Source: an uncultured Eubacteriales bacterium (GTDB taxonomy: Bacteria; Bacillota; Clostridia; Oscillospirales; CAG-272). Taken from it: DNA of 64,000 nucleotides. The position numbers and the translations under genes were made by a program. Position 1 is the stretch's first letter. The number at the start of each line of letters is the position of its first letter. Under the pieces are notes generated by a model. It had not been told where the DNA came from and made no database searches. It worked only from the letters and a program-made list of their open reading frames with translations. This document shows, piece after piece, positions 35,061 to 44,287 of this stretch. The stretch spans positions 17,889 through 81,888 of the forward strand of contig CAKSLQ010000008.1 in the NCBI GenBank assembly GCA_934467415.1, read 5' to 3'.

Positions 35061-35828
35061 ATGGAAGATTTGCAGCTTTGCACGCTGTATTCCGGCTCCA
35101 AGGGCAACTGCACCTATATCCGCGCGGGCGGGGACGCCATTCTCATCGACGCGGGGCGCAGTCTGCGCGCGCTGACGCAGGCGCTCCGTGCCGTGGGCGG
35201 CGATATGGCGCAGGTGCGCGCCGTCTTTGTCACGCATGAGCACGCCGACCATACCAGCGCGCTGGAAATGCTGGCGAAAAAATACGAGATCCCGATTCAC
35301 ATCACCGAGGGCTCGGCGGTGCGGCTGCTGTCCGCCGCCCGCTTTCTGCCGCGCCGCGCCGTGCTGCATACGCCGCTCTTTTCCGTGCAGGTCGGCGGCA
35401 TGACGGTGTCCTCGTTTGTCACCCCGCACGACAGCGACATGAGCGTCGGCTATACGGTGACGCTTGCCGACGGACGCAAGCTGGCGTATGCCACCGACAT
35501 CGGGCATGTCACGCCCGAGATCGAGGAGAGCCTTGCGGGCGCATATGCCGTGGTGCTGGAATCCAACCACGACGAGGACATGCTGATGCAGGGGCCTTAC
35601 CCCGCGTGGCTGAAATCCCGCATCGCGTCCGACCGCGGCCATCTGTCCAACGCCGCCTGCGACGCCTTTTTGCCGCAGCTGTCGGCACACGGCACCGCAC
35701 ATGTGCTGCTGGCGCATCTCTCCGCCGAGAACAACACGCCGGCGCGCGCGCTGGCGGCGGCATGTGCCGCCTGCCCCGGCCTGCACATCGCGGTCGCGCG
35801 CGAGAGCGAACCCACGAGGCTGCTGTAA
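35061..35828 (+). CDS. MBL-fold metallo-hydrolase (YycJ-like)
   Basis: HxHxDH motif THEHADH. Start at MEDLQLCTLYSGSKGN. Confidence 0.8.
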   Translation: MEDLQLCTLYSGSKGNCTYIRAGGDAILIDAGRSLRALTQALRAVGGDMAQVRAVFVTHEHADHTSALEMLAKKYEIPIHITEGSAVRLLSAARFLPRRAVLHTPLFSVQVGGMTVSSFVTPHDSDMSVGYTVTLADGRKLAYATDIGHVTPEIEESLAGAYAVVLESNHDEDMLMQGPYPAWLKSRIASDRGHLSNAACDAFLPQLSAHGTAHVLLAHLSAENNTPARALAAACAACPGLHIAVARESEPTRLL

Positions 35829-36304
35829 TGCTGAAGATCACGATCATTTCGGTCGGCGGCATGAAGGAGAGCTATTTCGCCGAGGCGATCGCTGAGTACG
35901 AGAAGCGCGCCGCCGCCTATGCCGAGCTGAAAAACATCAATCTGAAGGAGGCGCCGCTTGCCGCGACGCGCGCGGGCGACATCGCCGCCGCGCTGGACGC
36001 CGAGGGCGAGCAGATCCTGAAGCATCTGCCGCCGCGCGCCTGCAAAATTGCGCTCTGCGTCGAGGGGAAGCAGCTGTCCAGCGAGGAGCTCGGCGCGCTC
36101 ATCGGCGAGGTCAAGCGCACGGCGGGCGAGCTGTGCTTTGTCATCGGCTCATCGCACGGGCTCGCGGAAAAGGTCAAGGCGGCCTGCGACCGTCGGCTCT
36201 CCTTCTCGCGGCTGACCTTCCCGCACCGGCTGATGCGGGTGATCCTCGCCGAGGCGCTCTACCGCGCGCTCTCCATCGACGCCGGCGGGAAGTATCATAA
36301 GTAG
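35828..36304 (+). CDS. rlmH: 23S rRNA (pseudouridine1915-N3)-methyltransferase
   Basis: TAATG overlap with the preceding stop. SPOUT-family sequence MLKITIISVGGMKESYF... 158 aa. Confidence 0.85.
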   Translation: MLKITIISVGGMKESYFAEAIAEYEKRAAAYAELKNINLKEAPLAATRAGDIAAALDAEGEQILKHLPPRACKIALCVEGKQLSSEELGALIGEVKRTAGELCFVIGSSHGLAEKVKAACDRRLSFSRLTFPHRLMRVILAEALYRALSIDAGGKYHK

Positions 36305-36318
36305 AAAAGAGCAATAAA

Positions 36319-36430
36319 GCCTCCCCCCGGCAAAGGGAGGTGGCGGCGTAGCCGCCGGAGGGATTGTTACAGAGCGAAGAACAACCCCTCAGCCGCCATT
36401 CGGCGGCAGCTCCCCTTGCACAGGGGAGCC
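36319..36430. repeat. Five-hairpin repeat element, reverse orientation (locus L6)
   Basis: Its reverse complement aligns module-for-module with 53828-53941, with compensatory stem changes. Confidence 0.8.
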
Positions 36431-36443
36431 AAAAGCACTTTTC

Positions 36444-36471
36444 GTTTTTCATTTTTCATTTTTCATTTTTC
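36444..36471. repeat. Heptamer tandem repeat (g/a)tttttc x4
   Basis: gtttttc atttttc atttttc atttttc, immediately upstream of mnmG. Confidence 0.8.
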
Positions 36472-36495
36472 ACTTTATTTCCGGGGGGTGTTCCC

Positions 36496-38424
36496 ATGCA
36501 ATATACAGCGGACGTCGGGGTCATCGGCGCGGGACACGCGGGCATTGAGGCCGCGCTGGCCTGCGCGCGCCTCGGCCTTGACACCGTGCTGTTCACGATC
36601 AATCTGGACGCGGTGGGCAACATGCCCTGCAATCCGTCCATCGGCGGCACGGGCAAGGGACACCTTGTCTTCGAGATCGACGCGCTGGGCGGCGAGATGG
36701 GCTGCGCGGCGGATGAAGTGACCCTGCAAAGCCGCACGCTCAACCTCGGCAAGGGTGCGGCCGTCCACTCCAAGCGCATCCAGGCCGACCGCGCCGCCTA
36801 CCGCGCGCGCATGAAGCACACGCTGGAGACGACCGCGCATCTGCGCCTCATACAGGCGGAGATCACGGCGGTCGGCGTTGTCGAGGCGGACGGCAAAAAG
36901 CGCGTTTCCACGCTGACGACGGCGCTCGGCGAGGTCTACACGGTGCGCGCCGCCGTGCTGGCGACCGGCACCTATCTCGACAGCGCGATCTTCGTCGGCG
37001 ACGCGACCTGCAAGAGCGGTCCGGACGGGCTGATGGCCGCATCCGCGCTCTCGGAGAGCCTGCGCGCGCTCGGGCTGCCGCTGCGCCGCTTCAAAACCGG
37101 CACGCCCGCCCGCGTCAACCGCCGCAGCATCGACTTCTCAAACCTCGAGGTGCAGCCTGGTGAAAGCCCGATCACCCCGTTTTCGGTGCGCACCGACCCG
37201 CATGCCTTTGACGGCCTCGTGCAGACGCCCTGCCACATCGTCTATACCAACGCCGAGACGCACCGCATCATCCGCGACAACATCCGCCGCAGCGCGATGT
37301 ATTCCGGCAAAATTCACGGCACGGGCCCGCGCTACTGCCCCTCCATCGAGGACAAGCTCGTGCGCTTTGCCGACAAGGAGCGGCATCAGCTCTTCATCGA
37401 GCCGCTCGGCAGAGACACCGAGGAGATGTACATCCAGGGCTTCTCCACCTCCCTCCCCACCGATGTGCAGCAGGCGATGCTGCACTCGCTCGAGGGCTTT
37501 GCAGACGCCGAGATCATGCGCTACGCCTACGCCATCGAATACGACTGCATTGACCCGACCGCGCTGTACCCCACACTGGAGACCAAGGAAGTGACCGGGC
37601 TGTACGGCGCCGGGCAGTTCAACGGCACGTCGGGCTACGAGGAGGCGGCGGCGCAGGGACTGGTCGCGGGCATCAACGCCGCGATGCAGCTGCTCGGCCG
37701 CGAGCCGCTCGTGCTGCCGCGCGCATCCTCCTATATCGGCACGCTGATCGACGATTTGGTTACAAAAGGGACAAACGAGCCCTACCGCATCATGACCTCG
37801 CGCAGCGAATACCGCCTGCTGCTGCGGCAGGACAACGCCGACGCGCGCCTGACCCCCTACGGTCACCGCGTCGGGCTGGTGGATGATGCACGCTTCGCCG
37901 CCTTTCTCAAAAAGCAGGCGGCGATCGACGCGGAGGTCGAGCGCATCATGAAGACCAACATACCGCCGAGCGGCGCGGTGAACGACCTGCTCGTGCAAAA
38001 CGGCTCGACGCCGATCACCACCGGCACAAAGCTCGGCGACCTTGTGCGCCGCCCCGAGCTTTCCTACGATCTGCTCGCCCCCGTCGATCCCACGCGGCCG
38101 TCGCTGCCGCGGGCGGTGCGCTTCTCCGCCGAGGTGCGCGTCAAATACGACGGCTACATCCGCCGTGAGCTGGCCGAGGTGAAAAAAATGCAGAAGCTCG
38201 AAGAAAAGCTGCTGCCGCCCGACATCGACTATGCCGCGATCGGCGGCCTGCGCCTCGAGGCGCGGCAGAAGCTGAACAAGATCCGCCCCCGCTCGCTCGG
38301 GCAGGCAATGCGCATCTCGGGCGTCAGCCCCGCCGACATTTCGGTGCTGATGATCCGCCTTGCCGACGCGGGAGTCCCCGAAAAGGAGAAGAAAAGCGAT
38401 GAACAAGACAACGCCGACGCTTGA
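36496..38424 (+). CDS. mnmG: tRNA uridine 5-carboxymethylaminomethyl modification enzyme MnmG
   Basis: Start at MQYTADVGVIGAGHAGIEAA (FAD-binding GxGxxG). 642 aa. Confidence 0.95.
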   Translation: MQYTADVGVIGAGHAGIEAALACARLGLDTVLFTINLDAVGNMPCNPSIGGTGKGHLVFEIDALGGEMGCAADEVTLQSRTLNLGKGAAVHSKRIQADRAAYRARMKHTLETTAHLRLIQAEITAVGVVEADGKKRVSTLTTALGEVYTVRAAVLATGTYLDSAIFVGDATCKSGPDGLMAASALSESLRALGLPLRRFKTGTPARVNRRSIDFSNLEVQPGESPITPFSVRTDPHAFDGLVQTPCHIVYTNAETHRIIRDNIRRSAMYSGKIHGTGPRYCPSIEDKLVRFADKERHQLFIEPLGRDTEEMYIQGFSTSLPTDVQQAMLHSLEGFADAEIMRYAYAIEYDCIDPTALYPTLETKEVTGLYGAGQFNGTSGYEEAAAQGLVAGINAAMQLLGREPLVLPRASSYIGTLIDDLVTKGTNEPYRIMTSRSEYRLLLRQDNADARLTPYGHRVGLVDDARFAAFLKKQAAIDAEVERIMKTNIPPSGAVNDLLVQNGSTPITTGTKLGDLVRRPELSYDLLAPVDPTRPSLPRAVRFSAEVRVKYDGYIRRELAEVKKMQKLEEKLLPPDIDYAAIGGLRLEARQKLNKIRPRSLGQAMRISGVSPADISVLMIRLADAGVPEKEKKSDEQDNADA

Positions 38425-39163
38425 CCGCGACGCCTTTGCCGCGGATTATATCCGCATTGTGAGCAGCGCGCGGAAAATGGAAAAGTATGCGACCCGGGAG
38501 ATGGCAGACCGCTTTTTCCTGCTCACCGAGCGGCTGCTGGCGGCAAACGCGGTGATGAATCTCACCGCCATCACGGACCCGCGGGAGATCATTCTGAAGC
38601 ATTATTTCGACAGCCTGCGGCTGGCACAGCATCTGCATAAGGTCGGCGCTTCGCTTGCCGATGTGGGCTGCGGCGCGGGCTTCCCCACCCTGCCGCTCGC
38701 CATTGCGCGCCCCGACCTTGCGATCACGGCAATCGACTCCACCGACAAGCGCATCGTCTTCGTCCGCGAGACGGCGGCGGCGCTCGGGCTGACGAATGTC
38801 ACCGCCGTGACGGCGCGCGCCGAGGACGCGGGCGCGGGCGAGCTGCGCGGGACATTCGACTATGTGACGGCGCGCGCGGTGGCGCGGCTGAACATGCTGT
38901 GTGAGTTCTGCATCCCGCTGCTGCGCGTGGGCGGCGAATTTCTGCCGATGAAGGGGAAAAGCGGCGCGGAAGAGCTGGAAGAGGCGGAAAATGCCATCGC
39001 GGTGCTTCGCGCCAAAACCGTGGAATACGTGGAATATGCCATCAGAGACCCCGCCTTCGACGAAGACCGACAGGAACGCTTCATCGCGCGCATCCGCAAA
39101 ACGGACGAAACCGAAAAAATTTATCCGCGCAGTTTTGCACAGATCAAGAAAAAGCCGCTTTGA
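38399..39163 (+). CDS. rsmG: 16S rRNA (guanine527-N7)-methyltransferase
   Basis: SAM motif DVGCGAGFP. Follows mnmG and overlaps its 3' end by 26 nt. Confidence 0.9.
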   Translation: MNKTTPTLDRDAFAADYIRIVSSARKMEKYATREMADRFFLLTERLLAANAVMNLTAITDPREIILKHYFDSLRLAQHLHKVGASLADVGCGAGFPTLPLAIARPDLAITAIDSTDKRIVFVRETAAALGLTNVTAVTARAEDAGAGELRGTFDYVTARAVARLNMLCEFCIPLLRVGGEFLPMKGKSGAEELEEAENAIAVLRAKTVEYVEYAIRDPAFDEDRQERFIARIRKTDETEKIYPRSFAQIKKKPL

Positions 39164-39332
39164 TAAGCGGCTTTTTTCGTATTTCTTTTGCACATTGCCG
39201 CCGCGCCGCCGCCGCGCGGTCAAAATTCGGCAGCGCGCGCGGGAAAGCGCGCCGCAGGCTTTGCGGATATTTCCGCCGGCGGCGCGCTACCATGGGAGCA
39301 GACACAAAACGGACAAACGAAAGGAAACCGAA

Positions 39333-40217
39333 ATGAATCTGCTTGAAAACATGCTCCCGAAGCTGAAGCTGCAAAATCCGCCCGCAGACCCGTCCGAGCG
39401 CGTACATAGGATCCCGGTCTGCCGCATCCTGCCGAACCCCGCACAGCCGCGCAAATACTTCGACTCGGACGAGACGCTCCGCCTCGCCGACAGCATCCGC
39501 CGCCACGGCATCCTACAGCCGCTCTGCGTGCGCAAGCCGATCTCGGCGGGCGACCTTTCCGACTACGGCGGCGTCTATGAGCTGATCGCGGGGGAGCGGC
39601 GGCTGCGCGCCGCCAAGCTGCTCGGCATGGCGGAGGTCCCCTGCATCGTCGTGGAGGCGGACAGCCTGCGCTCCGCCGAGCTTGCCATCATTGAAAATTT
39701 ACAGCGCGAGGACCTCAACATGTTCGACGAGGCGGCGGCGATCTCGGCGCTGATCGACCTCTACGGGCTGACGCAGGAGGAGGTGGCGGCCAAGCTGTCG
39801 GCCAGCCAGTCCTACGTCGCCAACAAGCTGCGCCTCCTTCGCTTCGACGACTTCGAGCGGCAGGTCATCATCGAGCGGCGGCTGACCGAGCGGCACGCCC
39901 GCGCCCTCTTACGGCTCGGCGACGTGCGCGCCCGCCGCGCCGCGCTGGAGGCGGTGCTTGCGCGCGGGATGAACGTGGCGGAAACCGAGGCGTATGTCGC
40001 GCGCCTGCTCGAGGGCGAGAAGCGCGAAAAGCCGCCGAAAAAGCGCACGGCGCTGGTGCGCGACATCCGCATTTTCTACAACACGGTGGATCGCGCCGTG
40101 GACATCATGAAGCGCGCGGGCATCGCGGCCGAGACGCAGAAAAAGGATCTCGGCGACAGCTTCGAGGTGACGATCCGCATCCCGAAGGAGCCGGACGCCG
40201 CCCCCGTCGGCGTGTGA
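39333..40217 (+). CDS. ParB/Spo0J/Noc-family protein (Noc-like position after rsmG)
   Basis: ParB box ELIAGERRLRAAKLLG and an HTH region. ATG at 39333. Confidence 0.8.
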   Translation: MNLLENMLPKLKLQNPPADPSERVHRIPVCRILPNPAQPRKYFDSDETLRLADSIRRHGILQPLCVRKPISAGDLSDYGGVYELIAGERRLRAAKLLGMAEVPCIVVEADSLRSAELAIIENLQREDLNMFDEAAAISALIDLYGLTQEEVAAKLSASQSYVANKLRLLRFDDFERQVIIERRLTERHARALLRLGDVRARRAALEAVLARGMNVAETEAYVARLLEGEKREKPPKKRTALVRDIRIFYNTVDRAVDIMKRAGIAAETQKKDLGDSFEVTIRIPKEPDAAPVGV

Positions 40218-40240
40218 ATCCCGCGCGGTTTGCCGCGATG

Positions 40241-40267
40241 AAAAAAGCACCCGTTCGGGTGCTTTTT
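40241..40267. terminator. Bidirectional terminator between convergent genes
   Basis: aaaaaagcacccgttcgggtgcttttt. Confidence 0.8.
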
Positions 40268-40277
40268 CGTATGCATC

Positions 40278-42248
40278 TCATTCGCCGCGCGGCGCAAAGA
40301 AATCCGTGCCGGGGGCAATCGGCGTGCCGAGATCCGGCATCCCGTCCGCGCCGAACGTGATGCGGCCGACGTACAGGTCGCGCCGCTTCGTCGCCGTGTT
40401 GCGAACATGGTAGGCAAGCCAGGTCTCGCTGCCGTCCGGCGAGGTGAACACCGAGCAATGCCCGGGCGAAACCACGCTCGCCGTACCGGTGAAGACCGCA
40501 TGGTCGAGCTTCGTCCAGGACGCCTTGGACAGGACGTCGCTGCCGGTCAGCTCCAGCATCCCGAGGCAGTAGCTGTCCGAGGTGACGTTGTTGGCGCTGT
40601 AGAGCAGGAACAGTCTGCCGTCATGCTCAAACGTGTGCGGCCCCTCGTTGATCTTGCCGCTCTTCGTCTCAAACGGATAGGTCGCACCGGAGATCGCGGA
40701 GACGCGCTTCGTGTCGATCGTCCACGGATTTTCCAGCCGGGCGATCGTGATCACGTTGCCGTTCAGAATGCGGGCAAAGGCGACATAGTTCTCGCCGTTC
40801 CGGCTGAACACATGCGCGTCGATCGCGAAAATCGTGTCATTGAGAAAGCCCTTAAAGACATACTCGCCGAACGGATCGTCGCTCACCGCCTCCAGGCAGA
40901 ACAGGCGGATCGACTTGGAGGGCGACGGCCCCTTGTCCGCGGTGCTGGTCGCGCCGCTCGCGTAGATGTACCATTTGCCGTCCACCTTGACGATCTCGGG
41001 CGCGTACAGCTTGTGCTTGATCTCCCGGTCGTCCCCGGCCACATAGACGTCCTTGCCGACGGCGGTGCCGAGGTCGCCGAGCTTCTTTGCGCGGTAGAGC
41101 GTGACGCGGTCGTTCTTCGGCGAGGAATACACCGCGTAGTAGTACCCGGTCTCCGCGTCATAGGTGATGCAGGGGTCGCCCGCCGAGGTCTTGTCGTAGA
41201 TGGGATTTTCCAGAAGATCGCCCATTTGTGTGTCCTCCTCCGTCAGCCGCACGGACGGTCTGCCCGTGACATAATGATCGGCGAAATAGGTGCCGAGGCG
41301 GCGGAGCAGCGTGCCGGAGGCGGCATCCAGCGCAACGCAGCCGTCCTTGACCGCCATCGCCGCGCCGCTCTCGGTGCGTGCCGCGCGCGAAAGCGGCCGT
41401 GCCGTCCTGCCGATGAGGATCTCGCAGTCGGTCGCCGCCTCGGCGTCGGTCACCACGGGCAGCGTCGTGCCGTAGGCGGTCTGCACCGCCGTCAGAATCG
41501 AGGCGGCCGCCAGCTTTTCGGTGCCGCCGGCGTCCGCCGGGATCACGATCTTGGCCTCGGTCACCGGGTACGCACCGATGTACAGTCCGCTTACGGGCGC
41601 CAAGGCCAGCACTTCCGCCATTTTCGCCGCATCGACCGCGCCGCTCTGCACCAGGCGGTCGCAGAGCTTGTCCCCGCGCTTCACCGCCGCCGTCAGCGCA
41701 CGGTAGCAGATGTCAAACGCGCCGCCGCGGTTGAAGTCCGTGCTTTTTGCATCGCACAGCCCCACCGTCTTCGCCAGCGTGTAGGGATTGTTCCACGCAA
41801 AATCGCCCGCGCCGTCGTCGTAGCCGAGCACGCGCAGCAGGATCGTGAGGAACGCCGCCTCCGACACCTCGGTGTCGGGGTCAAACTTCGTCTCGCTCAC
41901 GCCCTTGGTGATGCCGTTTGCATAGACGTAGCCGATATAGGGGTTTGCCCATGCGGGTACATCGGTGAACGGATGCTTCTGCACGTTCGCCGTCGCGTCC
42001 TTCTCCGCGCCGGTGAAGCGCACCACGAGGACGAACGCCTGCGCGCGCGTCAGCTTGTCGGCGAGCGCGAAGTTCACGCTGCCGTCCGCGTTATTCCCAT
42101 AGCCGCCGACGAGCCCGAGCGCATGGAGCGCCTCGGCCGCCGCCGCCCCGGCGGGCGCGTCCGCCGCCGTGATCGGCAGTGCGCAGAGCAGAAGCAGGCC
42201 TGCAAGCAGCAGCGCCGTCACGCGGCGCAGATGAAATCTGTGTAACAT
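40278..42248 (-). CDS. Secreted SLH-domain protein with a C-terminal GH43-like beta-propeller glycoside hydrolase domain
   Basis: Start MLHRFHL follows GGAGG. Signal peptide. Three SLH-like repeats (FTDVP.WA..YI). The C-terminal half has a GH43-like character. Confidence 0.7.
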   Translation of the reverse strand: MLHRFHLRRVTALLLAGLLLLCALPITAADAPAGAAAAEALHALGLVGGYGNNADGSVNFALADKLTRAQAFVLVVRFTGAEKDATANVQKHPFTDVPAWANPYIGYVYANGITKGVSETKFDPDTEVSEAAFLTILLRVLGYDDGAGDFAWNNPYTLAKTVGLCDAKSTDFNRGGAFDICYRALTAAVKRGDKLCDRLVQSGAVDAAKMAEVLALAPVSGLYIGAYPVTEAKIVIPADAGGTEKLAAASILTAVQTAYGTTLPVVTDAEAATDCEILIGRTARPLSRAARTESGAAMAVKDGCVALDAASGTLLRRLGTYFADHYVTGRPSVRLTEEDTQMGDLLENPIYDKTSAGDPCITYDAETGYYYAVYSSPKNDRVTLYRAKKLGDLGTAVGKDVYVAGDDREIKHKLYAPEIVKVDGKWYIYASGATSTADKGPSPSKSIRLFCLEAVSDDPFGEYVFKGFLNDTIFAIDAHVFSRNGENYVAFARILNGNVITIARLENPWTIDTKRVSAISGATYPFETKSGKINEGPHTFEHDGRLFLLYSANNVTSDSYCLGMLELTGSDVLSKASWTKLDHAVFTGTASVVSPGHCSVFTSPDGSETWLAYHVRNTATKRRDLYVGRITFGADGMPDLGTPIAPGTDFFAPRGE

Positions 42249-42383
42249 GGAAAACCTCCGCAAAGATAGATTGCCGCTTCTATTATATCGGATTCCGCCC
42301 CGGCTCGTAAATATAAAAACCGCAATTTCTTGTACAAAAAATGCGGGGCAGCCGCGCGCCGCCTGATCGGCGAAAGCGGAACC

Positions 42384-42425
42384 ATATGCAGAAAACCGCT
42401 CGCAAGCGAGCGGTTTTCTGCATAT
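42384..42425. other. 42-nt near-perfect palindrome (19-bp stem) between the M23 and SLH genes
   Basis: atatgcagaaaaccgctcg-caag-cgagcggttttctgcatat. No flanking U-run, so it is not a canonical terminator. Confidence 0.6.
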
Positions 42426-42437
42426 CTGCAAATACTA

Positions 42438-44069
42438 TTATTTGAATACAATCGGGTTCTCCCACAGATCATAGGGGCAGACCGGCACACCGAAGACCGT
42501 AAGCCCCACATGGAGCGAATTGCCCTTGGTAAAGCCGGTAGAGCCGCTCTCGGCAATGACATCGCCTGCCGCGACCACGTCGCCGGTCTTGACCGTCACC
42601 TTCTTCAGGTTGCCGTACCAGCTGAGCAGACCGTAACCGTGATCCACCACGGCGAAGACGCCGGGATAATCCGACGCGCCGACGTAGATGACCTTGCCCG
42701 CATTGACCGCGAGCACCTTCGAGCCGTCCTTCGCGTAGAAGTCCACGCCGTCATGCCGGTAGACCTCGTCGGTCTTCGAGACGCTGCGGTAGAGGCCGTA
42801 GCCGGTCATGACCGTGCCGTTGTAGCCCTCCTCGGCGATGCCGGGGTTCCACACGCCGTCAAAATACTTCTTCGAGAAGTCGCCCGCCGTGATCTCGGCC
42901 ACCAGCTTGTCATAGGCGGCCAGCGTCGTCGCGTTGCGGGTCGCCTCCGCCGTCGCCTTGGAAATATCGTATGCCTGCCGCTTATAGCCCTTCGGCTTTT
43001 CGGTGACCGTCAGCTTGACGGGGAAAGAGATGCCGTCATAGGTGAAAGTGAGCATATACTCGCCCGCCACCGTCTCATAGGTGGTCGGCAGAACGGCGTA
43101 CGCATTCTTGCCGTCGGTGTAGAACCTCGGCGTGATGGTCTTGCCGCCGTGCGTGAGCGCCGGCTCCGCCGTGAAGCCGATCTTCGATGCGTCCGCAATG
43201 TTGTATGCCGAGATCGGCACGATATTGCCCTGCTGTACGCTGTCCGCGCCGAGGAAGAACTCGGTCTGCGCCTCGATATTGAGGACGAATTTATAGGTGG
43301 CGCTGCCGCTGGACATATGCGCCTCGTTGCCCTTCCATTCGACGGCCGCCTCGACGGCGATCGCGCTGTACTTCTTCACATCGACCGCGCCGCCGATCGA
43401 CGCATAGTCGCCGCTGTAGAGCACATCACCGTCCGCCGTGAGCTTCACCGTGAAGGATGCGGGCGTGCGGTCGCCGAAGTCCAGCGAAAGCCCGCTCCGA
43501 CTGGTGTAGGAGACCGTGTCCGCCGCTGTGTCGGCCAGCGTGGAGGACAGAATGTTCTTCGCCTCGGCGGTCTGATACGCCCAGCTGTAGCTCGTGGGCA
43601 GAATCACGTTGTCGCCGTTTTTCATCTCGGGCAGGTATGCCTCGGCATAGAGGCTCTGCGCATAGGGCGTCTGCAAAAACTCTGCCGCGGCCGCCTCGGG
43701 GACGAGGTAGGACTTGCCCGCCGCGTCGAGGAAGTAGACCGCGTCGGTATTCTGCGAGAAGAAATAGCGGTACTCGGTGGAGCGCTTGCCCTCGGTGAAC
43801 GTGACCTTGAAGTAGGCCGAGCCGGAGAGCGCCGCGGGCGGCTCGGCAAGCGGCGTCGAGGACGTGTTGATGCGGTTTAAGAGCTTGGCGATGTCGCTGT
43901 CCGCCGCCGCATTGTAGGACTTGCCCGCGATGTCGCTGATCGTGACACCGGTGGCCGTGTCGGGCGTGACCGGCTTTTTGTTCGTATGGATATAGCTGTA
44001 CACGCCGATATAGCTCGGAATAAACAGCGCAAGGATCAGGATGACTGCAAGAAAACGGTTCTTTTTCAT
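42438..44069 (-). CDS. Membrane-anchored M23-family peptidoglycan metalloendopeptidase
   Basis: N-terminal TM. C-terminal M23 motifs (HDGVDF, SLHVGL). ATG at 44069 is better spaced from GAGGT than the track start at 44075. Confidence 0.8.
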   Translation of the reverse strand: MKKNRFLAVILILALFIPSYIGVYSYIHTNKKPVTPDTATGVTISDIAGKSYNAAADSDIAKLLNRINTSSTPLAEPPAALSGSAYFKVTFTEGKRSTEYRYFFSQNTDAVYFLDAAGKSYLVPEAAAAEFLQTPYAQSLYAEAYLPEMKNGDNVILPTSYSWAYQTAEAKNILSSTLADTAADTVSYTSRSGLSLDFGDRTPASFTVKLTADGDVLYSGDYASIGGAVDVKKYSAIAVEAAVEWKGNEAHMSSGSATYKFVLNIEAQTEFFLGADSVQQGNIVPISAYNIADASKIGFTAEPALTHGGKTITPRFYTDGKNAYAVLPTTYETVAGEYMLTFTYDGISFPVKLTVTEKPKGYKRQAYDISKATAEATRNATTLAAYDKLVAEITAGDFSKKYFDGVWNPGIAEEGYNGTVMTGYGLYRSVSKTDEVYRHDGVDFYAKDGSKVLAVNAGKVIYVGASDYPGVFAVVDHGYGLLSWYGNLKKVTVKTGDVVAAGDVIAESGSTGFTKGNSLHVGLTVFGVPVCPYDLWENPIVFK

Positions 44070-44184
44070 GCGCATACCTCGCTTCCGTCAGATGCTTTTT
44101 CACTTTATTGTATCAAATCCGCGCGGGGACGTCAAGGGACTTTGCGCAAAAGCCGTCGATTTTCGCCGCGATGTGCGTTTTCCC

Positions 44185-44213
44185 TTGACAGAACGGCGGA
44201 AATTATATATAAT
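44185..44213 (+). promoter_or_regulatory. Consensus sigma-A promoter for the yicC-remA-gmk-rpoZ block
   Basis: TTGACA-17 nt-TATAAT. Confidence 0.7.
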
Positions 44214-44287
44214 AGATTGAATAAATATTACGATGGAATCGTATTCGCATTTGCGGCGGTTCAGCATCGCCACAGGAGGTTTCGCTT

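Noticed and set aside
36305-36495. Chromosomal origin (oriC), suggested by the mnmG-rsmG-ParB context and the presence of dnaB
   Set aside because: I found no cluster of DnaA boxes (TTATCCACA or its complement) and no AT-rich unwinding element here or in the other spacers. The spacer is occupied by the hairpin-repeat element. No dnaA or dnaN is in the window.
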